A stretch of 64,000 nt of DNA. Source: Setoptus koraiensis. Taxonomy: Eukaryota; Animalia; Arthropoda. Both the position numbers and the translations under genes were made by a program. Positions 12,431-24,600 of the stretch are shown one piece after another. How positions within the stretch are numbered: position 1 is the first letter of the stretch; each line of letters begins with the position of its first letter. Under the pieces are notes generated by a model that was not told the origin of the DNA, made no database searches, and worked only from the letters and a program-made list of their open reading frames with translations. The DNA lies in contig CM106585.1 in the NCBI GenBank assembly GCA_048013815.1, positions 9,176,001-9,240,000 of the forward strand, written 5' to 3'.

Positions 12431-14094
12431 ATGAAGGTGCCCATAGCCGATATCGGCCAGGTTTGTCAGCGGCATCTCGCCGTCTAAATCTCGCTGGTGT
12501 GTTACGCCAACGCCGGCTCGCTGTAACGCGCCCGATTGGATTGCAATGAAGGCGCCCGAGCCCGACGACGAGCCCGAAGAGGCCTGCGAAGAATTGCTAA
12601 ACTCCATGCTGCCCATGCGAGCATTGATTATGCGCGGCAACGAGCCACAATTGTCGCCCATCTGACTAATTGCGCCCACCAAGTGGCCAGAGCCAATTAG
12701 CAATTTCGACTTGGGCCCAATCAGTTCGTTGCCGTCCGATTCGCTGCCCGCTGAATCGGAGCCAGTGTTAGAGTCGGCCTGCTGCCGTTGTTGTTGTTGC
12801 TGCTGCTGCTGTCGGGAGCCCCTGTCGAGGCAGCCCGAGGCCAGGCTTTGCTGCGCCCGCTGACGGGATCGGAATCGCATGTAGGCAACACTCGATCCAA
12901 CTAGCGTTATTATGACTATCATGAAGGCGCTCAGTGAGACAATTATTATCAGTATGGGCTGAGTTTTGACGTACGACAACGAAACATTCCAATAGTGTCG
13001 CAGTTTTGTGTCGTGCTCGCTCTGTCCCAACAAATTGTAACTGCTAACAACGACGGTGTTGCTGTCCGTGTTTGATTGACCATTGGCGCTCATTTGTTGC
13101 TGCTGCTCATTGGTGATTAAACTGTCACTATCGCCTTCGCCTGCTGACCTGTCTATTGTCACCTGACCGCCCATGTGACCGCTGTCCGCCAGGCTGCTGT
13201 TGCCACTAGCCGCACCATTGATTGTGGTCTTGGTTTGATCGTAATAGTTTAGGCGCGCTCCGCTCGCCGAATGCAAACGCAAATATTGAGGCTCCAAGGT
13301 GCGTCCGTTCAGCCAGATATGCTGATGGCTTCGATCGAAGGAATTCTGGGCATAAATTTTCAATTTGAATTGCGTGGCCGACGTTAAATTTGTCACTATA
13401 AACATGAAATCGCCCCCGTCGATCAGATTGTGCCTGACGAGCTCGCCATAGTTGGCGTTTGAGTTGGCGTCACGCTCCCTCACTTGATGCGAAGCTCCCG
13501 AAGCTGACAAATCAACCGACTGCTGTTGTTCGGCAAACATGCTCATCAGCATGGTGCCGCTGGGTGCCATGAGGGCGGCCGTGAATTTCATCTGGTCCAA
13601 ACGATTGATCAACTGGTCAACTGTTACCAGCGACTTCACTAGGGCCAAATTCTGTGCACTGCTGATGCTCAAATTGTACACCAAATTCATTTTGTTGTTT
13701 ATGTCTGGCATGTCGTTGGTGTTGTTGTTTGTGTCGCTTATTTCGTATATTTCGCACACGAACCAAGTCAACGGATAAACATAACGGTACACGGGGGCAA
13801 CGGGCGCGGAATGCGGCTTGTAATTAGCCGCCTTTTCCGACGGCTGATGACCGCTCAACATAATGAGATCGTTCAGTTGTCGCTGGCTGCTGCCCAGCTC
13901 GCTATTTGCCTTTCTGCCGTCCACCAGAACGCTGCCCAGTCCGGCCACATCGGCCAACACGGCGTCTAGATTGTGCTCTTTGGCGAGCGAGTTCTGGCCC
14001 AGTGCATTGTTGGACGATTGCAAGTAACAGTTTACGTTCAGCGACGACGTGCTTGAATTGGACACCATGCAATTGTGCCTCAGTTTCGGCCGAT
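10379..14094 (-). CDS. Sidestep-like terminal exon 12: FN3 domain, TM helix (~12955-12878) and ~830-aa Q/H/S/N-rich cytoplasmic tail
   Basis: cgccag|AT; DRPKLRHNCMVSNSSTSSLNVNC..WFVCEIYE..FIVTNLTSATQFKLKIYAQNSFDRS (FN3), then ILIIIVSLSAFMIVIITLVGSSVAYM followed by RFRSR (TM plus basic stop-transfer). The frame is open for 3.7 kb to a TGA ending at 10379. Confidence 0.93.
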
Positions 14095-15547
14095 CTGGCG
14101 ATTTGGCGATTCGTAGCGAATGTGAGTGAATGTTGAGTGAACGATGAGTGAATGATGAGTGAATGATGAGTGAATGATGAGTGAATGAGAAAGAGGGAAC
14201 AGAGGGTCAGAATTTAGCCGGTATTTGTCAGTTTAGCTGGCTGCACAATCCAGCAGCACACAGCAAGCCAGATACGCAAGTAGGTGCCTGATATATTACC
14301 TGGTGGTCTTATTTGGAATTTGCATGCCTTCTGTTGCAGTCCGATCTCGTTTTTGGCGATACATTCAATTGTTCCGTAGCCGAAACTGTTGGGCGCATCT
14401 CGCATGTTGTACCTGAGTATTTGACTATTTGACAGTTTATCGGTGGGCGATCGTATCATTGGTTGGTAACAGATTTGGAGAGGTCAGCGTAAGTTTGAGT
14501 GTAAGTCAGCATTAGGTCGGCATGAGTAGCCACTGTTGCCAGCGTCAAGCGAGCACACTCACCTGGTCTCCTCGAGACGATGCTCCGCTTGGCCCTCGAA
14601 CGGCTGCTTGTCTGCTTGCTCAAACAGGGCCTCTATTATGGCACTATCGTTGGAATGGGCCTTGGCAAGGCCATTTAGTGGACGGTATGTCCAGGAATAT
14701 TGGACAGAGTTTGCGGGATTCGCTATCACACTGCAATCAATCAGAACTGTTTGTTCGCTTTTCACCCCATACACCAATCTGCGCATAAGCACGATAATGG
14801 AGTAACGATAATTATAATTAAAGTAACAACAACAGGTTATTTAATTAGCATCAATTGATTAATAATTATATTATGGTTGATTAACAACAACTTGTTATAC
14901 TGTATTATACAACTTGTATTATATAAGTTATATTATATAAGTTATATAGCAAGGTTGTTTACAAACGAGGTTGGCGCAATGGCCACTAGAGGGCAGTCGC
15001 TTGGTCAGTTGGTACTCACATGTCTTCGTGGCTGCAAACGGGCGCGTGCCTAATGCGCAAATGAATACTGTGGCTGAAATTGGTGCCGTGAACATTGGAC
15101 GCCTCACACTGATAGTGGCCCGATTGTAACCTGGTGACCTTTTGCAACACTAAAGAATGATTGTTTTGGATGATGCCCGGCGTTGGGCTCAAATGTTTTC
15201 CGTTGAATTTCCATGAAACGGGCTTAGTGAGTCGCGGATTAGCGTCTATCTGGCACTGTATGTAGATGTCGTTGCCCTCTTGCAGTTGTGACAACAGTGC
15301 GGCCTGTTCCTGTTGCTGTTGCGGTTGTTGGCCGCCAGGCGACGCCAGTGTCTGGTGGGGGGCCGACGAGGAGGAGGCCATCTTGGAGTTGGGCAAGTTA
15401 TTAATCGTTGTGGAGGCAGTGGCCGCAGTGTCAAGTTGTATGCTCAGCTGGGGCGCGTCTATTGTTATAATTGCAAGCGCGTCAATTGATACAAATGATG
15501 GGTTACAAGGGGAAAGGAAATATATTTAGTTATACACTTTGTTGTCG

Positions 15548-15605
<58 letters not shown>

Positions 15606-18600
15606 CGTTGTTGTTGTTGCTGCTGCTGTTGTCGTAACAGTAGTTATGCAACCAGTCATAGCCGCTTGGACATTTCTCATTTGGGCGCTCATCGCGCCCC
15701 CTATTCGCCCACTCTGTGCGCACGAGGCTCGCATCGATAGGGCACTGGCACAAAGCGAGCCTGTTGGCCGCTGTTGCGCGCCAGGTATTCTCACAAATGG
15801 GTGTGCGATATGCCGGTGCTGTTAAGACCGGCACACTATTAAGACGCACACGCTAATCGCCGGCGCAACAACGCCAAGCGAGCGAATCATCATCATTAGC
15901 CAGGTGAGCGCATAAGCCGGCTCCAATTGATCCAATGCGCGATCCCAATCGAACTTAGACAGAATGGGGCTCAATTCGATTCGATTAGACTGGCATATAT
16001 AGGTAAATTATACGACAAGATTGATGATGATGATTGTTGGTAGCAGCGAGCTCGCTATTTGTGTGGCTCCAGTGTATATGCCAAGTATATTTGCGCCACT
16101 CAATTTGCTGCGAACGCGGCGCCCGTTCGACGGTGGCGCCCAGTCGCAGTTTGCAACTGTTTGCAAACTCCGAAACGCTGTCTCTTTCGCGTGCCCCAGA
16201 CCCTGAGTGTGAGCCACAATGGCTCGCAAATCACACACTCATTCATACTGTTTAATACTTTCATACTTTATTATGTTAACGGCTGGCACATTATTCTCAT
16301 GGGCATTTAATTGTTTGTTGGCGCTGGCCGCTAGCAGCGCCTGACACGACCAACGCAAACGGGGCCAGCGGCAACTGCAACAACCGGCCATTACTGCTCA
16401 TTTTACTACCGCTAGGCTGGCTGTATCACCGCTAGCTTGGCGAGAGAGCGATATTAACCATTTTAAAGGCGCGCTGCCACGGACGCCTGAGAGAGGCGTG
16501 CGAGCCGCTGGCTCGCCGGGCCGCTAGCTTGGCGAGATATCCGAGCGGTCGCAATGCGAGCTCACATGGCTCGCATTGCGACTATAGTGCCAGCGGTGCC
16601 AGCCATCAATCAAAGTCAAACAAAGTGTCTATCCGGCAGTAATACACATGAAAGATGAGACGGGCAACGCAAGCAAGGTGGCCGATCTATCTCGTTTTGG
16701 CCCATTTAGAGGCTTGTGTGTGCGCCGGCCATTGTGGTGTAAGTTTTGTAAGGGCGCCAGTGGAGGCCAGCGCAGCGACTTGCTGCGAGAATGAAAATAT
16801 TAGATAATAAAGAACTAATGAATTCATTTCACACTTGAGCAAGCAGGCCGCCTGTAATAGCTCGCCGGCGTAATATAACGCCGCCTTGGAGAGGCCCGGC
16901 TGAGTCGGACAACAACAGTATTGTATAATCCAGTATAATCCAGTGCGACACCGTCACTATCACTGCCAGCGGCATAATTGTTCAGTCAGTGCGTATATAT
17001 ACACCACATATAGCTACTCTATAACTGTTATATATGGTGTATATGTAGCGCATATACAGTAGCTATGTGTGGCGCTGCATATGCACCAAATAGCAGATAT
17101 TTATATCCGCTGTTGTGTGTTGCGTAATTACACACAAAGGAAACGAGACAAGGGACAAAAATGGATAAAGAGCCAAAATAATAATAATGTGCCAATGATG
17201 AATTTAAAGTGACTTGGCTGCCATTCCACAAACTTGGCGCCAAACAAACGGCCCGAGCGGCCCAAATGGTCGCTGTGGCGGCCCTAAAACATCGATCACT
17301 CTCGGCTAGTGCATAATATAAACATTTTTGACAGCCACATATACGCACATATTCAAACACGGACAAACACACAAATAACAAATTGCGCCCTCGACAATTG
17401 AGGCCCGGCCGCCTATTTTCATAATCAGCCAGCCAGCCGATATGAGCCGATATCAGTTGATATCAGCTGATATCGGCTGATATCGGTTGATATCGGTTGA
17501 TATTGGTCGATATATGTCAGCTGATACCGATATTATTGTGTGAGCCAGCCGGCTAATAATACAGTGCCCAAACATTAACAATATATTGGCAGTGGATACA
17601 CGACGCGGGGATACACGACGCGGGGATACACGACTTGATACGAATTGCGCGCCCTCCTCCAAACTATTGATAGATCACCGGGGCATTCAGTTTGTTGTTG
17701 TTCGGCCAGTGTGTGTCACCCACTGAAATGGGGACAAGACAGTTTTTTGTGTGTGCCAGTTGTGCCAACGGGGCGAAGGGGCCCCGTTTGCAGCGCGCTG
17801 CCGAGATCATTTGTCATTCTCTTTGAAATGTCACACTGGCTAGTAGCTTCCATAGTTGCTATAAGCTGGCTGGTGCTGTTATTATTAACTCACTCTATTT
17901 CTGTTATACCTGGTAGTGTCGTTATTGGCCATTGCGGGACATGTTACCGAGATACAAGCATCGCCGAGATACAAACAAGACACTAACAAATGATTGCGCT
18001 GTTACATCGCACCGACAACAACGCCAACATTAAACATGACCGCAAACAAGCAGCCACTCTTTCGGGGCCCCGTAGCCTCGCAGCCAGAGCCTCGTAGCCA
18101 GAGCCTTGTAGCCAGAGAGGGGCCCAACTTTGTGCCCCAGATATCCACACACGCGAAGATGTGCACAGGTGAGGATGTACACACAGGTGAGGGGAGAGGG
18201 GAGTGGGGGCAGCTTGTAGCGGCAGCAGCAGCAGTGAGCGGGACAACCATCAATCCTTGACTCGATGGCTCCCCGTGCGGGCTACTCAGGCGACACTGAT
18301 AGCGGATAGCGGATAGAGGATAGCAGACAGCGGATAGTAATTCCTGCGCCAGGACGCATCATTGATTCTTTGCTAAGACACTGTCGCTTGCCAGGGATTT
18401 GTCGGCTTGCCATTAGCAGATTACACAATGGGCAGGCGTGTTGTTGTTGTTGCTGTTGCTGCCGGCGCCATCTCATTAAACAATTTCTTGTTGTCGTTGG
18501 CTTCGAAACAGCCAGTCATATTCTATTTCGTTTTACATTTCGACAGCAATTGCGCATTCGAACGGCGCCAACTTGCCAGCATCTATCTGCAATTTGGCGC

Positions 18601-21600
18601 CACTGGCGGCTGCACTAATCTGGTGCAGCTCGCTTGCACCACTGGGCCCCAGCAGCGACCATCTTCAACTATTGCGCGGCTGCACCCACTGCGAGTTTGT
18701 CGACAGCGAAATCGACTGATCGACACACTTGCCACTTGTCCGGCTCGGCTCGGCTCGGCAGTGTCGGCAGGCAAGTGTGCGATAAAGTGAGAGAAAAATG
18801 GTAAATAATAACTAGCAAATCGTCGGGGGCCCAGTCAAATCACACACACACGCACGCACGCACGCACTGTGCGAAATATATTTTGTGCCGGCTGGAAATA
18901 TATTTTGGGAAAACAATGGAGAGCGAAACGTAGACGTAACGAATTTTTCATCACGAAACAGTCACATGGAGCATCCATTACCTGTCAGCGTATAGAGAGA
19001 TCATCTTCATTTTTGCCCATGAAACGCCAGCCAACCAACGACAGCCGCGCTCGCTGATTGCGCCCCCACCGGAGCAGGCTTGAACCGGGGCTGGCTTGAA
19101 CCGGGGCTGGCTTGAGATGGGCGCACATGAGATGGCACAACGTGACTGGGGCCCGACAAAAGAAATCGTGTCATTTGGGCTGAGTTTATTTTTGTTTTTG
19201 TGTGCGTTTGTGCCGCGCAACCATTTGGTGGCACACAAAAGTAAACTGGCTCCGGTCTAGACTCTAAACGAAACAACGGATATTTTAAGCACACCATGGT
19301 GATATATGTGAGTGAGTGTGCGTCCCAGGAAGTGCTGGCTGTTGAGCTGACGGGGCCCGCTCAGTGGCGCTGGCGAGCAAGCGACCAGGAACAGATAATG
19401 ACGACAACAGCCACTGAGAGAGCCTCTGCGAGCTTGAGAGACTGCCAGCTTGAGAGACTAAGTCGCAGATTGAGCGCTCATTATCACCAAACGAGGTGGC
19501 CCAATTGCTCAATAGTTGCCAGCCGCATAGGCGAGCATAATCTGGAAAGCGGTGCCAGCGAGTTTTCAATCGTTCATTTGTTTGCGTTTGAATGGCGCGG
19601 GTTGCGGGGGCCCGCTCGATGGCAACGCACTGTCGATGGGCTGGCTTCGGTTGAATCAAATCAGCGCGCCCCAACAAACGACTCGCTTATTAAATGCCAT
19701 TTGGCTGGCTGACTGGCAGATCATTGGCAGCAATCAGAGCCAACAGCGAGGCCGGCGCCAAAAGGGCAACAACAGCCACTGGGTTTATTGGGGCGCCCAG
19801 CCAAAGAGGGCGCCCGAATAAACAGCAGCTAATCATCAAAATATTGTTATCTGGCCTCTTTGGCCCCCGTTGCCCTCATAATGTGAGGCCCTCATAATGT
19901 GGGGCCCTCATAATGTGGGGCCCTCATAATGTGGGGCCCATATCGCTGGTGCGTTTGTGTGGGTGTGCTGGCATCTGTGTTGGCGTCTATCTCAAGTAGA
20001 CATTAACCGTTGCTGATAATAAGTGATGATGCCATTATTTTCACAATCGACAAGCGAAACGGGCCCACTAATCATCCATAAACTAGTTTGTCTGTCTGTC
20101 TCACTCTGTTTTTCTGGCCCCATCTCTCAACACTGAGCCAGTCTCATCAATAGTCTTCTTTTTCTTTTTCCTTGCTCTTCTGCCACCATTTGCCGCCATC
20201 ATACTACAAACATCATACTACATACATCATACTACATACATCATACTACATACATCATACAGTGCTCGCACTAACAACAATACGACCAATGAGACTCTCA
20301 AAGAGACAGCAACTATTAGCGGGCACTCTTGTCATTCGGCTGCCACCAGTTCGGCCGGCCACTCACTTGTTAGCGGGCCCCAATTGTTGTCGCAACGAGC
20401 TTGATCTTTCGCTCGCCACTCTTCAGTTCCATTTATATCTTAATATCGAGATGCATTTTTTGCCTTCGACACACGAGCGCACATACAAACAATCAGACAA
20501 ACGCGAGCTGCAAGAGAAATCTGGGGCCATCTTTTTGTCAGTGATGCTACACGGCATGAGTTACTGCACTCATCTGCACGCTTATAACTTATGTGTGTGT
20601 GCGTGAGGGGCGCCAATTGGGCCCGTCAATGGCATAATCAACATTACATTTTTTATCCTTTGCCAGTTTTATCCAGTTGCAGTTGAGCAGCGACAACAAG
20701 ACGTTGCTGGCGGCCCCGCTAGCGCACTGTAAACAATTACAAGCGGGCCTTATTAGGATTCATCAATCGAGAAAACATCTGAATCAATCCATCTAAAATG
20801 CTGCATTGGCTCCCTGCTTTTGGCGTGGGGTGGCAGTGCGCCAAAAGCGGGCCAACATCTCGCGAAACTTGCCAGCAAATCTTGTCGCTTTCATTATCAT
20901 CTGGGCCCATATCCGCCCGTTTAGCGACACACACAGTGCTCACTGTATCACTCAACTTATATTTTGCCAGCATCATGTTAATGTTAAACTGTTGTTTTCT
21001 ATTCTGGATTCCAGTCAGCGACATATAGGCGCTCGTGATGAGAAATTTAAGAATAAATTTGAAATTTGAGCACAATCTTCATCTTGCTCAGTACACAGTG
21101 AGTGAGGGGAGGCCAGGGGAGGCAAGTTTTTCGCTCGGAAATGAATCCATTTTGTTGTGCGTTGGTTGGTGCAATGGCGAGTTGCCAGTGCAACTGTCGC
21201 AAAGTATTTATACTTTGCGACAAGAAGCCGCAAAAGAGCGTCTATTCAAATTGCAAGATTGCAACGAGATGGCACCATATTGACTAACAATCAATCAAAG
21301 TTCAAAGAGCGATTCATTTCTTCCTTCTCATTCATTTTCTTGGCGCCTCGTTGCAGCTAGCAGCGGCACACAAATTTGCTGCTAAACATAGTACGACGGC
21401 CCGATCTTTAGCAGCAATAGGTCGATAGGTAAATAACGAGTCAGTGGCTGGATTTCAATGGAAACTTACAATGGACGTCTAGTTTCAGGTCTTGCCTCAG
21501 CGCCGACGATTGAATTTTGGGATTCTCGCCGACACAGGTCAAATTTTTGCTATTGAACGATTTCTCCATCGTTAGCGTCAATCGGGAGGTCGTTTGTTGG

Positions 21601-24600
21601 TCCACTAATCACGGCCGGCGCCGGTACGGTACGGTTCGGTGAGGCGAAGCAAGGCCAACAAGCGCATGGAGAGCCGAAAAGAAGTGGTAAAAATCACTAT
21701 GAGGTCTGGTTCTCGGAAATCGGGGCAGGGAAAATTGGCAAACCCAAATTCAAACCGGAACCGGCGACTTACCGCTCATGGGTGGATCGTATCTCTTGCC
21801 CTGGAACAGCCAGTAGACGGAGGCGTGAGGTCGCGATCCGAAAGCCACGCACTCGAATGTGGCCGGCTGGCCCACAATGAGGATCTCGCTCAGCTGTTTA
21901 ACCGACATCTCGTTAGGTTTCACTGTAAATTGGTCGTGCGAGACACACAGAGAGAGAGAGAGAGAGAGGGGAGAAAAGTCTCAGAATGTTATTATCAGAA
22001 TGTTATTATCGGAATGTTGTTATCAGAATGTTGTTAGTGTCGGCTAGCGGTTGGCACCAATTGCAAGGTTGCAGGGGACCGATCGGTGGGGCCCGGGCTG
22101 AATATTTTAGCCGGTGTCAGATCGATCAACTCACAATTGAGATCCAGTGTGATGGAGGCACTGAGCGGCGTTGTGATGTTGTTGTTGTTGGCTTGGCACT
22201 CGAACACCGACAACAGATGATGGCGATTTAGCGACGGAATAATTAACTCATTATTGGTTACTGTTGTTGATATTTGTGGTTGTTGATATTTGTGGTTGTT
22301 GATATTTGTGGTTGTTGATATTTGTGGTTGTTGATATTTGTGGTTGTTGATATTTGTGGTTGCCAATGGGCGCAAATGCCGGCACAACAGACACAAATTA
22401 GTGAAGGAAAATTATGGAAATTATTGAAATGAGCAGATGGTAATTTTTGTTAATTCACATTCGCATCGCATTAGAATATCCGAATATTAGAATGTCAATT
22501 ATTTCGAATTATTTCGAATTATTTCGTCGGTTTATTTGACCAGTTTGCTCATTTGGAACTCGTGCAAAGATAAGAGCAAACTGGTCGCATGAAATAAATG
22601 TGATTTCGTGCGCGACAATGTTGATTTTAATCATTGTTGCGTCACACGTGTATGACGTACCTTCTTTGTCGACATATTGATATGACTCGTCGAGAATGGA
22701 ATAGTCCAGCTTCCAGATGAGCTCGGGCCGGGGCGTGCCTCCCACGGTCGAGCACATCAGCTGCAGCTCGTCGCCCTCGTTGAAGGGTCCGACGAGGCCC
22801 TGAAGTTTCTGGTTGTTTGTGTTTGTTATCTTGACCGATTCGGGTTTGACTTTATTGATGTTACGGGTGTTACATGGTTACATGGGGGTTACAAACAAAC
22901 GAGTAGATAGATAAGTTTTAGTAAAAGTTGGAGGCCGCAAACAAGCCGAAAAAGAGCGCCAACAAACGAGAAGAAACGAAATAATATGACAGTTTACTTA
23001 CCTACAACCACCAGCGATATCAATGTGTTCACAGAGCGACCCTTCTGAAAGTCAACACGGCACCTATAACTGCCCGCATCGATCAATTTGACTGGATCAA
23101 TTTGGAGATAGGCAGGCCGATCCTGGGTGTTGAATGAGGCACGATCTATACCAAGGGCAACAGAAGAAAATTGTTAGCTGGGGGCCACTAGGTAAACAAG
23201 TGGCCAAGACAATTTGTTGCAAAAGAGTTGTTTGTTGGGGGCCTCACTGTGGGGCCCATTCCTCTGGCTTGTCGTTTGGTCGTTTGTTGGTCACCAAACT
23301 CAACTCAACTCAACCAGCCAGCCAGCCAGCCAACAAACAAACAAACAAACAAACAAACAAACAAACAAACAAATGATCTTAACATATAACAGATATAAAT
23401 TCTGATTATACTCACTCGTTAGACTTTCGCCTATAATTAGTTTTGCCTTTTCCAAGGCACCTGAATATTGTGCATGTCACGTGTGTATGTATCGTAACAA
23501 ATGATGCAACCATGTAACCAGTGCGAGAGCAATGGGAGAATGGGAGAAAAAGAAGGGAGAGTGAGTGGTTAATTGCTTTGTCTGGCTAGCTGGCTCATGA
23601 GGCCGCTGGCTCACAATTTATGAAAACAGTTGAATGCTTTTCTAGCCCAAGACGAATTGGTTGGCGCCCCTCTCTAATCGCATTACAACTGACACACTTA
23701 TCCGGGCCTCACTGTGCGAACTGTGCGGCTATAGTTAGCCATTAAGCGAACGGCCTCATAAACTATCGAGATAGATGTGGAGTTTATGAGTCGCCCCCAT
23801 TCGCCCCCATTCCATCCAGTGGCGCGCTCTCTTTTCTTTTCAAGACACTTTTAATTATTTATTGCTGGTGTCAACATGTTTGTGTGTCGCTCGACTCACT
23901 GACCATTAACAAACAGGCAGGTGATGAGGTCATCAATAGTCATGATGCTTGTGTCCGTTCCATTAGAGATGTTGTACAACAAATTAGATGACACATACAC
24001 TCTTATTTTGTACGCCAGTTTGCAGTTCTCAGTTCTCAGTTATCGGCTGGCAAAACAAGTTTAGTTCCGTCATGTAACGGCATCCGTCTGGCCCGGCCTC
24101 TTCCGTCGCTCACTAGGGGTGCCGGTGATGTGACAAAGTCGCTATTCAAACAGCCCTTAATAACCGAATAAAACCCGACAGATAACCCGCAAGCGCAATC
24201 GGCTCAATCGCTCGGCTTGTACACACATCCGCGCGCATATGGTGCCAGCCTCCAAAACATCAATTGTATCGTATAGCGACGAGTCAGACGGGTGATCGAG
24301 GTGCTCGCTACGTGGACCCGGCTCGAGCAACGGCGCTCGTTTAGCTGTCGCGAGTCAGTTATCTCTCTGTACAACTCTTGATCTCTCTGTATAACTCTGG
24401 ATCTCTCTGTATAACTCTGGATCTCTTTGGATAGCTAAATGCCTAATATCTGGCTGGCCTAATCTAGAGGCCCGCACGCGGCGCAAACACAAGCCCAAAT
24501 ATTATCAATTTAGCCCGTTTTGCCCGTTTAGCCAGCGTCGTCGTTACACATTTTGCCAATTATCCATGGGCAACAAATTGGCAAGCCAGTGTCTACTGTC

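Noticed and set aside
10802-12549. Long plus-strand ORFs (polyL, polyC, polyV) overlapping exon 12
   Set aside because: They are antisense shadows of polyQ/H/N codons in the real minus-strand exon.
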